The notes beneath the pieces were generated by a model. It had not been told where the DNA came from. It searched no databases and was given only the letters and a program-made list of their open reading frames with translations. From an uncultured bacterium (GTDB taxonomy: Bacteria > Desulfobacterota > DSM-4660 > Desulfatiglandales > JALVMZ01), in the NCBI GenBank assembly GCA_965613025.1, contig CBFDUE010000005.1:1950-65949 (forward strand): a stretch of 64,000 bases of DNA, written 5' to 3'. Position 1 is the stretch's first letter; each line of letters starts with the position of its first letter. Positions 1 through 8,471 of the stretch are shown here, in pieces. The translations under genes were made by a program, and so were the position numbers.

Positions 1-2
1 CT

Positions 3-614
3 CTTATTTGGGCACTTTCCATTCCTCCGGTATCTGACTTAATGCTATCTGGCCTTGAAAAAGGGCTCAGATTTCCCAAAGATCCTTTGGCAGACTGTAT
101 TGTGCTTCTGGGAGGAGGTATAATTGACGATGTTCCGGATATGACAGGGGCCGGAATTCCAACCTTAGAAATGCAGGGAAGGATCCTTACCTGTGTAAGA
201 GCATTCAGGAAGTTCCATATTCCCATAATTATAAGCGGGGGGCAGCCCTTTAAGAAAAGGACACCTGAATATGTGATTGTAAGGAGATTCCTTTTGGACC
301 TTGGGGTGCCAGATTCTATGATCATAGTTGAAAAAAGAAGTAAGGATACGTGGGAGAATGCCAGGTATTCTGCATTAATCTGTAAAAAGAAGGGATTTAA
401 AAAGGCACTTTTAATCACATCTGCATATCATATGAAAAGGGCCATATTTTGCTTTAAGAGGGCAGGTATGGATATTATTCCATTTCCTGCTAATTTTTTT
501 ACCTCCCCAGGAAAAGAGTATATCTGGAAAGACTTTTTACCACATAATTTTTTAAATACATATCGTGCAATACATGAATACTTAGGCATAATATTTTATA
601 AGATCGCATACTGA
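3..614 (+). CDS. YdcF/DUF218 family protein (5'-truncated at window edge)
   Basis: Motifs IVLLGGG, IIISGG, SKDTWENA, LITSAYHMKRA and HEYLG. The frame is open back to position 3 (LIWALSIPPVSDLMLSGLE), so the true start lies outside the window. Confidence 0.85.
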   Translation, partial: LIWALSIPPVSDLMLSGLEKGLRFPKDPLADCIVLLGGGIIDDVPDMTGAGIPTLEMQGRILTCVRAFRKFHIPIIISGGQPFKKRTPEYVIVRRFLLDLGVPDSMIIVEKRSKDTWENARYSALICKKKGFKKALLITSAYHMKRAIFCFKRAGMDIIPFPANFFTSPGKEYIWKDFLPHNFLNTYRAIHEYLGIIFYKIAY

Positions 615-623
615 AGTGCTGTT

Positions 624-1601
624 TTAAGGAGAAAACATCTCTTCACTTACTCTCTTTACCATATCAAGCCCCCTTATCTCTTTTTCAAACAGCGGAATCT
701 CCGATAGGACATTTCCGATGCTATCCTGTAGCTCCTTTCTGTATCTTTCCTGCATCCTAATCCTGTTTTGAACAAATTCCACTTCACTTTCTCCCACCTT
801 TTCCTTATCTATTACCTGGTTAACTATAACTCCTCCAATGGGTATTCCAAATTCCCTAAACCAACCTATAAATCTTCTAATTACTGCGATAGGGAGGGAT
901 TCAAGCAAGGTTACAAAGAAGAAGGCACTCCTTTGCTCATCAGTCAGTATATCTTTCATCTTGAAAATCCTGTCCCTAAAGGTGGTAAGATAGCTAAGGA
1001 GAGGATCTTCTTCATCTTCCACCTTCTTCTTTCTAAAAGAGAGGGAGAGCCTTATCTGTTTTGCCTCCTCTCTGCTCTTTAACATCTTATTTACCCAGAG
1101 GGTATAGATCTTGGACATTCCCAAGAGTCTTCTTGCATTAGCCGTGGGAGCAGTATCAAATACATAAAACTCAAATTGGTCTTCAAATATAATATTTATC
1201 ATGTTTTCAAACATGGCCGATTCTTCAAATGCAGGATTCATTGTGGCCGATTCAATAAAGTCATCTGCCTTAGTTGGGATATCGGCATATTTTAAAAACC
1301 AGCTTATCTTTTCCTTTATCTCCTTTTTTGACTTCTCTATCACATCCTTTGTATCTATCTCTTGAACATAGAGGTTTTCTGCATCAGGGATCTTTACTGG
1401 CCTTCCAAACACATCCATCTGAAAGAGATTTGATAGGCTGTGCACCGGATTTGTAGATGCAAGCAGGGTCCTCTTACCTTGTTCCGCCATCCACAGTGCC
1501 ATGGCAGCGGCCACCACAGTCTTTCCCACTCCACCCTTTCCACCAAAATAGGTATATTTAAGATCTGGATGCTCCTTTAAATATTCTTTTAATTTATTCA
1601 T
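624..1601 (-). CDS. ArsA/Get3(TRC40)-family ATPase, paralog B (switch-I Asp replaced by Asn)
   Basis: Deviant Walker A GKGGVGKT, STNPVHSLS instead of STDPAHSLS, DTAPTAN. The protein has no cysteines. Confidence 0.9.
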   Translation of the reverse strand: MNKLKEYLKEHPDLKYTYFGGKGGVGKTVVAAAMALWMAEQGKRTLLASTNPVHSLSNLFQMDVFGRPVKIPDAENLYVQEIDTKDVIEKSKKEIKEKISWFLKYADIPTKADDFIESATMNPAFEESAMFENMINIIFEDQFEFYVFDTAPTANARRLLGMSKIYTLWVNKMLKSREEAKQIRLSLSFRKKKVEDEEDPLLSYLTTFRDRIFKMKDILTDEQRSAFFFVTLLESLPIAVIRRFIGWFREFGIPIGGVIVNQVIDKEKVGESEVEFVQNRIRMQERYRKELQDSIGNVLSEIPLFEKEIRGLDMVKRVSEEMFSP

Positions 1602-2584
1602 CTTAAACTCTCCTCAAACATTGCTTCTGCAAGCCTTCTAATACTTTCAAGACCCTTAATTTCAGAATCAAACTCAGGAACAGTTGTAATAACCTGATTT
1701 CCAAATCTATCCTTTATCTCGTCCATAGCCTCATCCTGAGACAATATCCTATTTCTCAGATAATCGGGAATATCTCTTTCCAAAAGGCCCTTATCAATAA
1801 CCCTGTTTACTAAATATCCTGCAATTGGAACATTATAGCGTCTAAATAGAGTGGCAGCCTTTTCAGTATCAGCAATGGTCATACGCTCCGGGGTGATAAC
1901 AAAAAAGAATGCGGTCTTTTCCTTATCGGTCATGATCTTAGAAGATGTTCCTATTCGATTTTTTATATAGAGAAGCTCTTTATAGATCTGATCCTCCTCT
2001 GTTACCTCTTCCCTCTTCATGGTGGCTATTGCCTTATCATATTCCCTCATCTGTTCCCTTAGTTGGGTGATCTTTTCAAGCCATGCATCATAGATAGATG
2101 CCATACTAAGATAGTAAAGGGCATGTCCTAAGGGGACCAGATCATAGATATAGTAATCAAATCCTCCCTCTACAATTATGTCCACCACAGCATCAAATAT
2201 GGCACTCTCTTCCATTGCAGGTTCTGCAGAAGAGGCCTTTATATAGCTCTCAATCTCTTCAGGTATCTTCTTCATCCCATACATATCCATTATCTTTTTC
2301 CTTATCTCCTCCTGATAGTCTCTTATCCTCCTGTCTGCATCTACCTCACAGGCAAAGAGATTGGGCATTATCTCCACATTTCCTTTTCCAAATATATCCC
2401 TTTCAAATATGTCACTTAATGATGCCTGAGGGTCCACCGAAAAGACCAATACCTTCTTCCCCTTCTTTGCAAGATAATATGCGGTTGCGGCAGAAAAGGA
2501 TGTCTTCCCCAGCCCCCCTTTTCCACCAAACATGATGTATCTACGCTCAGGATACCTTAAGAGTTCATCTGCAAATGACATCAT
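1598..2584 (-). CDS. ArsA/Get3(TRC40)-family ATPase, paralog A
   Basis: GKGGLGKT, SVDPQASLSD, variant switch II DLVPLGH. Overlaps paralog B by ATGA. Confidence 0.9.
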   Translation of the reverse strand: MMSFADELLRYPERRYIMFGGKGGLGKTSFSAATAYYLAKKGKKVLVFSVDPQASLSDIFERDIFGKGNVEIMPNLFACEVDADRRIRDYQEEIRKKIMDMYGMKKIPEEIESYIKASSAEPAMEESAIFDAVVDIIVEGGFDYYIYDLVPLGHALYYLSMASIYDAWLEKITQLREQMREYDKAIATMKREEVTEEDQIYKELLYIKNRIGTSSKIMTDKEKTAFFFVITPERMTIADTEKAATLFRRYNVPIAGYLVNRVIDKGLLERDIPDYLRNRILSQDEAMDEIKDRFGNQVITTVPEFDSEIKGLESIRRLAEAMFEESLR

Positions 2585-2598
2585 TTACTCCTTTCTAT

Positions 2599-2886
2599 CT
2601 AATAGAGGCTATCCACAAAATCCTTTTCTCTTAACATCCTTCGCTTCCAGGTAGTAATCTGAGGGACCACATAGGGAAGAAGTCTGAGAGAATAGTATGG
2701 GGGAAGTATGGGAATTCCCAGCATATCTCCCATAGTAATAAGTATAAACAGATGTTCCATACTGGATCTGGTCTTAAGCGCATGCCTTGCCATTCCATGA
2801 GTTGCCATTCCATAGGTAAAATCCCTTAAAAAGCCTAATATTCCTCCGGATCTCTTCTTCTTACCCTTTTTATCACCCATTCCCAA
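2599..2886 (-). CDS. Small CstA/ArsA-associated protein (cory-CC-star-like), paralog 2
   Basis: EHLFILITMGDMLGIPILPPYYSLRLLPY...W.RRMLREKD. Lies between cstA and the arsA genes. GGAGG SD upstream; start TTG 2886 or ATG 2880. Confidence 0.75.
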   Translation of the reverse strand: MGMGDKKGKKKRSGGILGFLRDFTYGMATHGMARHALKTRSSMEHLFILITMGDMLGIPILPPYYSLRLLPYVVPQITTWKRRMLREKDFVDSLY

Positions 2887-2896
2887 GGATACCTCC

Positions 2897-3181
2897 TCAA
2901 TCTGAAATTAACTCAAATATATCCTTTTCCCTAAGAATCCTAAATCTCCACTCATGAATCTCTTTTACCAGATATGGCATCAATTTCATACTATAAAAAT
3001 TCATAAATATGGGAATACCTATAAGCTGACCATAGAGAATCAGATTAAATAGGTCCTCTTTACTCTTTTTACCCAGATAGAGGCTCTGGGTATATTCATA
3101 AAAGAGCATTCCCTTTAGTATATCTCCAATCTTCTTAAAAAATCCTGTCTTCATCTTTATCTTCCATAAGGGATAGGGCAC
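2897..3181 (-). CDS. Small CstA/ArsA-associated protein (cory-CC-star-like), paralog 1
   Basis: EDLFNLILYGQLIGIPIFMNFYSMKLMPY...EW.FRILREKD aligns by eye with 2599-2886. Start position is uncertain. Confidence 0.75.
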   Translation of the reverse strand: MPYPLWKIKMKTGFFKKIGDILKGMLFYEYTQSLYLGKKSKEDLFNLILYGQLIGIPIFMNFYSMKLMPYLVKEIHEWRFRILREKDIFELISD

Positions 3182-3209
3182 AGAGTCCCCTATCCCTAAA
3201 AATTAAAGT

Positions 3210-4871
3210 TTAGGCCTCCACCTCCTGGGTGGTTGTAGATACCTCCACCGTCTCTTCCTTAAACCTCTTAAAGGCCTTATATCCGTCATATGCAAGGATA
3301 AGCGCAAGAATTATAAGCAGAATTGCAATAGCAGCTGCAAAGAGATTTCCAAATACCTTCTTTCCAGCAAATCCAGCAGGTATCAATTTAAAAAACGCTG
3401 TATAGAAAAGGGCTGAAACAGTGGTTGCATACATAAAGAACATGGGATATATGGCAACCTTATAGTTTCTGGATTTTTGAACCAGATACAGGGTGATTAG
3501 TAGCAGCGCAAATCCTGCCATTAACTGATTTGCTCCACCAAAAAGAACCCACACATAGAGCCAGGTTCCGGTCTTTACCAGGATCCATGTGATAATCAGA
3601 GCCACAATAGTGGCTATATGGGGATTTTTAGCAATTCCTATACTCTCACCCAGAAGTTCAGCAGTTGCAATCTTCATGAAACGAAACACAAGATTTATGA
3701 TTGTGAGAGCAAGTATTATAATCATCATACCAGCCATAGCCTTTGAAAAAGAGAGGGAAAATCCAAGACTCTTGAGAGCACCACCAAGACCTCCCACAAA
3801 TATACCAACAGGATTACTCAGGTTTTTTACATATTCTGCCTTGCTTCCAAATGCAGTGGCACACACAATTACAGCAATAATAGAGATCGTAAATTCTGCA
3901 AACATGGCACCTCCTGCCACAGGCCTTACATCCAGCTCATTTTCAATCTGTCGTGAAGTGGCAGTGCTTGAGACCAGACTATGCCATCCAGAAATAGCAC
4001 CACATGCAATTGTAACAAAGAGCAGGGGCCATAGTGGACCTATCTTTGTGCTCCAGCCAGTAAATGCAGGAAGGGTCATGGGTTTATGACCTACAATTAT
4101 TCCCAATACCCCTGCAATTATTCCAAAATATACCACATATACAGATGAGTAATTATAAGGTTGTATGAATCTCCAAACTGGCAAAATGGAACTGAAATAT
4201 CCAAATATGAGAATACAGATCAGTACCAGATTATAACTTAGCTTTATCTGCCATTTTGTCCCAAGCCATATGGAAAAGAATATAAGGAATATGGCAATAA
4301 CTGTGGTAAGTAAGATATTTGTCCTTGCCCTATATATCATATGACCCACAAGAAATGCCACCCCTACTACCACAAGCAGAGGAAAAGGAAGTGAAGGATT
4401 ACCACTTATACCCCTTGTAATTACATGTCCAAAGGCACATGCAATCAGAAGGAGATAGAAATATACAAAGGTAAGGAGTATCTTTCTTGCCCGTGGGGAG
4501 ATCAACTTGTAACCAAGTGCTCCAAAGGTCTGACCATCATTTCTAATGGATACCATTGCACTTGAAAAATCCTGAAACCATCCAATAAAGAATACTCCCA
4601 AACCTAACCAAAGAAGTGTTGGTATCCATCCCCACTGCAATGCCACAATGGGACCGATTATGGGAGCCGCTCCTGCAATGGAATTTAGCTGAAAACCAAA
4701 AAGCACATTCTTATTTGCAGGCATAAAATCCACACCATCCATATACATCTTTGCAGGAGTTGCCCTTTTGGGGTCCACTTGAAATATGTTGTTGGCCACA
4801 TGACGGGCATACACCCAATATCCTATGGCCACAACAATAGCCCACCAAACCAATACCAAAAGGGAATTCAT
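3210..4871 (-). CDS. cstA: Carbon starvation protein A (CstA) family transporter
   Basis: TPA..Y.DGVDF.P, SIAGAAPIIGP, LFVTIACGAISGWHSL, W.LFG.ANQL; many TM segments; AAGGAGG SD. Confidence 0.93.
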   Translation of the reverse strand: MNSLLVLVWWAIVVAIGYWVYARHVANNIFQVDPKRATPAKMYMDGVDFMPANKNVLFGFQLNSIAGAAPIIGPIVALQWGWIPTLLWLGLGVFFIGWFQDFSSAMVSIRNDGQTFGALGYKLISPRARKILLTFVYFYLLLIACAFGHVITRGISGNPSLPFPLLVVVGVAFLVGHMIYRARTNILLTTVIAIFLIFFSIWLGTKWQIKLSYNLVLICILIFGYFSSILPVWRFIQPYNYSSVYVVYFGIIAGVLGIIVGHKPMTLPAFTGWSTKIGPLWPLLFVTIACGAISGWHSLVSSTATSRQIENELDVRPVAGGAMFAEFTISIIAVIVCATAFGSKAEYVKNLSNPVGIFVGGLGGALKSLGFSLSFSKAMAGMMIIILALTIINLVFRFMKIATAELLGESIGIAKNPHIATIVALIITWILVKTGTWLYVWVLFGGANQLMAGFALLLITLYLVQKSRNYKVAIYPMFFMYATTVSALFYTAFFKLIPAGFAGKKVFGNLFAAAIAILLIILALILAYDGYKAFKRFKEETVEVSTTTQEVEA

Positions 4872-5136
4872 CTTTACACCTCCTTATTCTTCTAAGAGGC
4901 ATTAAGTTAATATATCAAAGACCCCACATTAGCCAATAGACAGAATATTAAACATTTCACCCCCTTTCTTTTTAAAAAATTAAAAGATTCTTATAATTCA
5001 ATTTATTAATATAATCAACAATAATTTATTTTTTATAATTTTTCTCTACTAAAGTCTATGATGTCTAATGATGCTTGAATTTTCTTCGTTTGATTTTATC
5101 ATTATTATAGTTCAGAGGTTCTTGAAGGCTAAGCCA

Positions 5137-5541
5137 ATGGGATATCTGGTTGGTGGTATAATACTCTTTTTGATAATGATAGGGGTGTGGTCATTAGTTA
5201 GTATCCTTCATCCACATGTGGAGCATCCAAGCGGAAAGGCTAAGCTGACGGGTAAGTGCGGTGATACTATGGAACTCTGTTTGAGGTTTAAGGATAACAA
5301 GGTGGTGGAAAGCTCTTACTGGACAGATGGGTGTATGTATAGCCTTAATTCCATATTTATGGCAGCAGAACTTTCTAAGGGGAAAGGTCCTGATGAGATA
5401 ATTGAGATAGACTCATCCCATATTGAAGAGGCCCTGGGGGGATTACCCGATACTCACAAACACTGTGCAATGCTTGCCGCTGAGACCCTTCATGCGGCAG
5501 TGGAAGACTATATAAAAAAACAGGTATCCTCTAAAACCTAA
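5137..5541 (+). CDS. IscU/NifU-N-like Fe-S scaffold homolog with N-terminal hydrophobic anchor
   Basis: Three conserved Cys in CGD, DGC and KHC. Hydrophobic N-terminus GYLVGGIILFLIMIGVWSLV. Start taken at ATG 5137. The stop codon lies in the adjacent MITE. Confidence 0.75.
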   Translation: MGYLVGGIILFLIMIGVWSLVSILHPHVEHPSGKAKLTGKCGDTMELCLRFKDNKVVESSYWTDGCMYSLNSIFMAAELSKGKGPDEIIEIDSSHIEEALGGLPDTHKHCAMLAAETLHAAVEDYIKKQVSSKT

Positions 5542-5886
5542 GTTTGACAGTTAGTAGTTAAAAATTTACTGATTTTTGGATTGCACATCTAAATAAATCA
5601 ATAAGTTAGATCATTTTATATCTGTTACAGATTCAAAAAGTTGTAGTTACAGGATTTTGTTATTTTTTCTTGACTTATGCAATGTAAGTTTCTATTAGGT
5701 ATTTATGTTTCTTAGAGAAACTCCAGTTAGAAGAGCAGATTGTAAGGCAGTAAAATATTTGCATCTTGTTGAATTCCTACGGGGTAAAGGGTAAGAGGTA
5801 TCCTATTCATAATATCCTCTGTTGATACTATATGATCTTACAGAATATTTACCTATTTCTTTACGCTACTAACTGTCAAACTTAAG
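5537..5886 (+). mobile_element. Non-autonomous IS1634-like element (MITE, 350 bp) with 21-bp TIRs and 5-bp TSD
   Basis: Left end CCTAAGTTTGACAGTTAGTAG (5537-5557) matches the reverse complement of the right end 5866-5886 at 20/21. TAAAA direct repeats at 5532-5536 and 5887-5891. Residual ORF 5705-5794 MFLRETPVRRADCKAVKYLHLVE resembles IS1634 transposase N-termini. Confidence 0.85.
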
Positions 5887-5936
5887 TAAAATATTTTAGT
5901 TTCTTCTCCATAAAATTTTGCAAGTTATGTTTACTT

Positions 5937-6194
5937 CTATTTATCCTCTTTTCCTCTTTTGGATGCATCAAGAATCGTCAAGCCAACTATCTTATCACCT
6001 CTGTATCTAACTATTATGCCATTGTCCAGCATCTCAGAATCTGTTGCCCTTTGAGGTCTTTCAAAGCTGATATACAATACATCTGCCTCCTTGTCATAAT
6101 CAATAACAAGCCTATGCGATGGAAAGTTTAATATATGGGGAGTAGCATCAAATATATGATTAAAGGCTTCTTGGGTTATTACTTCTTTTTCCAT
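5937..6194 (-). CDS. DUF2283 family protein (putative antitoxin)
   Basis: YDKEADVLYISF...A.DS...GIIVRY.G.KIVGLTILDAS pattern. Confidence 0.8.
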   Translation of the reverse strand: MEKEVITQEAFNHIFDATPHILNFPSHRLVIDYDKEADVLYISFERPQRATDSEMLDNGIIVRYRGDKIVGLTILDASKRGKEDK

Positions 6195-6487
6195 GATATC
6201 ACCTCTTTTTCTAATTTTATCTTACTTGTAAAATAACTGGTTATGACAAAGCCATCAACAGCACTTAGCTCTTTATATACTACTGCAAGATACTTTATTT
6301 CAGATACCTTTTTCAGTGCAATTAAGGCATCCCTATATCCTTTGATGATATAATCTGGCTCTTCTATGGCAGAAAGAACATCATGGTAATGCCCTGCCAT
6401 ATCATCATGGTTTTCTACAATATGTATCCATCTTTCATCTGGCAATCTGATTGGAACATTATTCTTAGAGACCGCTATGCTACTCAT
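6179..6487 (-). CDS. Putative RelE/BECR-fold toxin partner of DUF2283
   Basis: IRL..ERW.HI...H, .I..PD.I..G, KYL.VVY.E...GFVITSY. Overlaps the DUF2283 gene. Confidence 0.65.
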   Translation of the reverse strand: MSSIAVSKNNVPIRLPDERWIHIVENHDDMAGHYHDVLSAIEEPDYIIKGYRDALIALKKVSEIKYLAVVYKELSAVDGFVITSYFTSKIKLEKEVISWKKK

Positions 6488-7131
6488 ACTTTTGTGCCTC
6501 TTTTGGAACTGCTTGAAGCTAAAAGAGAGGCATATACATGCCTTAGTCCATGAAGAGGTCTAAAATCCTTAAGAAGTCCTGCCTTCTCTTTGATTCTATT
6601 TACCTGTTGCTGAATGTAGGTTCTCTGTTTTCCATTTTTACCTGGGAATACATAAGGGCTATCTGTCCTAAGTATATCTTCAAGCACTTTTCGTGCTCCA
6701 TCATTAAGAGGAATGGTCTGATCTTTACCCCCTTTAGGATCTTTTATGTGGATGAAGCCATGATCAAAATCAATATCTTCCCATTTGAGTTTAGATAGCT
6801 CTCCCCGTCTCATTCCTGTATATAAGGCTAAGAGCATCATGGGACCAGCATAAGGATGAGGATCTTCCTCTATTGCTTTGATCAGATTATTTAATTGATC
6901 AGGAGTCAGGGTCTCAGTCTTAAGGTTATTTACTTTGGGCATTTGAATCTTAAAACTTATTCCTTCACAGAGATTCTTTTTAACCACAAAATTGATGATT
7001 CGTCTAAGTAATTCCAATATATTCTTTGTTGTTGCAGGAGACCTTTTAAGCCTTAACCTTATCTTTTCCTTCTCTTTTTCTGTTAGCTCATTTAAAAAAT
7101 TTAATGATCTTTTACTAAACTTAACCTTCAT
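6484..7131 (-). pseudogene. Chimeric ORF: RelE-like N-terminus fused to a truncated tyrosine recombinase fragment
   Basis: First ~29 aa MKVKFSKRSLNFLNELTEKEKEKIRLRLK are RelE-like. The rest has the integrase motifs TGMRRGEL, KDPKGG and HGLRHVYAS but ends before LGH and the catalytic Tyr. Confidence 0.75.
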
Positions 7132-7324
7132 TTATTCACTGAGTCATATCCTTAAATTCAGTTTCATCAAATTAAGAGGAAGATGGAAGTTTCCGCTCAA
7201 TCTCTTTCATCTCTTTATCAGATACATAAGAGGTAAGGGTTTCATAAAGAGTCAGTCTTTCCTCTTTTAAGACTTCTCTAATACTTTCTTTTATCAACTG
7301 TTTTAATTCAGCTTGTGTAATCAT
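7121..7324 (-). pseudogene. Antitoxin-like pseudogene upstream of the relE remnant
   Basis: AAGGAGG SD, then MITQAELKQLIKESIREVLKEERLTLYETLTSYVSDKEMKEIERKLPSSS*FDETEFKDMTQ*INEG*. Two premature stops; the end overlaps the relE start. Confidence 0.6.
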
Positions 7325-7424
7325 TAAATCCTTTTACCTCCTTATTTATTCTCTGAGCTTATAGCTAATAAGTATATTTATTTTATCAATAAAATGGAAA
7401 GACAATTTAAAACTCGGTATATTT

Positions 7425-7658
7425 TTAGCCCCCTGCAATGGGAGGGAATATTCCAATTCTATCTCCATCTTTCAATATCTCATCTCCACTTGCATGGATA
7501 CCATTTATAAATATGAGCTTTATCTGTTCCTCAGGAATACCCAGATCCTTGATTAAATCCTTTAATTTCTTGCCATTTTCAATCTCGATATGGTTGACCT
7601 GAGACCCTCTGGGAGCATATTTATTAAGAGTGGCATAGAGTCTGATTTCTACTTTCAT
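7425..7658 (-). CDS. MoaD/ThiS family sulfur-carrier protein
   Basis: 77 aa beta-grasp pattern ending LKDGDRIGIFPPIAGG (C-terminal GG). Confidence 0.88.
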   Translation of the reverse strand: MKVEIRLYATLNKYAPRGSQVNHIEIENGKKLKDLIKDLGIPEEQIKLIFINGIHASGDEILKDGDRIGIFPPIAGG

Positions 7659-7728
7659 AATATGCTATTTTCTTGACATATATCTTACTTAAAGGCATCT
7701 TACAAAAGAGGATAATTCATTTCAAGGA

Positions 7729-7850
7729 GAGAGCTTTGAATTTTTCAAAGCTCTCAGAAAGAGGCTGTAATTATGGGTTATTTTAAGTTAATTTTTTGGG
7801 GGTCTGGGGGTATAACCCCCAGCGTAAAAAGGGGTTTAAGCAAAGGTCTC
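7729..7850 (+). mobile_element. MITE family X copy 1 (type A interior)
   Basis: Starts with the palindrome GAGAGCTTTGAA-TTT-TTCAAAGCTCTC and ends GCAAAGGTCTC. AAGGA direct repeats at 7724-7728 and 7851-7855. Near-identical to the copies at 46264 and 50768. Confidence 0.85.
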
Positions 7851-7861
7851 AAGGATAAGAT

Positions 7862-8458
7862 ATGAAGATACGAACATTGATGATTCCAGATCCCATCACC
7901 ATCAAAGAAGATGCCACCATTGATGAGGCCATTACCGTGATGAAAAAGAATCGTATAAGACATCTTCCAGTGGTGGATAATAAAAATAATCTTAAAGGAT
8001 TTTTGACACTGGCAGATCTTAAGCAGGGTCTCATTCCTTCCATGCTAAGCGATATAACGCTCTCTGATCTGATGATCAAGAATCCCATAACTGTTTCTCC
8101 TGAAGATGATGTAGAACATGCTGCCAGGCTGATCTATGAAAATAAGATAGGAGGAATACCCGTTGTGGCAGGTAGGCGTTTGGTTGGGATAATCACAGAG
8201 TCAGATATATTGAGAGCATTTATTGAGATATTGGGTATGCTATATTCCACCCATTCCATTGAACTTGAAATAGGTAATGATAACCATTCATTTCTAAAGG
8301 CGCTTTCCATTATAAAGGAAAATGGTGGTGAGATAATTAATATATCCCTAAAAGAGAGGAATGAACTGAGGAGGGTATATTATTTTAGAATCTCCACCCT
8401 GAATATGGACAATATAAGATCAGAACTTAGCCAGCAGGGATTTAATATACTGGATTAG
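7862..8458 (+). CDS. CBS-pair + ACT domain protein (AcuB-like)
   Basis: [25 protein letters not shown]...[11 protein letters not shown], followed by an ACT-like C-terminus. Confidence 0.85.
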   Translation: MKIRTLMIPDPITIKEDATIDEAITVMKKNRIRHLPVVDNKNNLKGFLTLADLKQGLIPSMLSDITLSDLMIKNPITVSPEDDVEHAARLIYENKIGGIPVVAGRRLVGIITESDILRAFIEILGMLYSTHSIELEIGNDNHSFLKALSIIKENGGEIINISLKERNELRRVYYFRISTLNMDNIRSELSQQGFNILD

Positions 8459-8471
8459 GATTAATCTTTCC

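Noticed and set aside
624-2584. Arsenite-resistance (ars) operon
   Set aside because: No arsB/acr3/arsC/arsR/arsD, and the ATPases lack metalloid-binding cysteines; the context is cstA.
2873-2899. Selenocysteine read-through of the TGA ending the small CstA-associated protein (selA is present and some CstA partners are selenoproteins)
   Set aside because: No Cys/Sec-type motif precedes the TGA, no convincing SECIS hairpin follows, the downstream GGAGG is the next gene's SD, and the paralog ends at an equivalent position with TAG.
6484-7131. Functional integrase / prophage boundary
   Set aside because: It lacks the N-terminal domain and the C-terminal His/Tyr catalytic residues, and there are no phage genes or att duplication.
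7778-8088. Minus-strand ORFs 7778-7963 and 7849-8088
   Set aside because: They are antisense shadows of the CBS gene running into the MITE.
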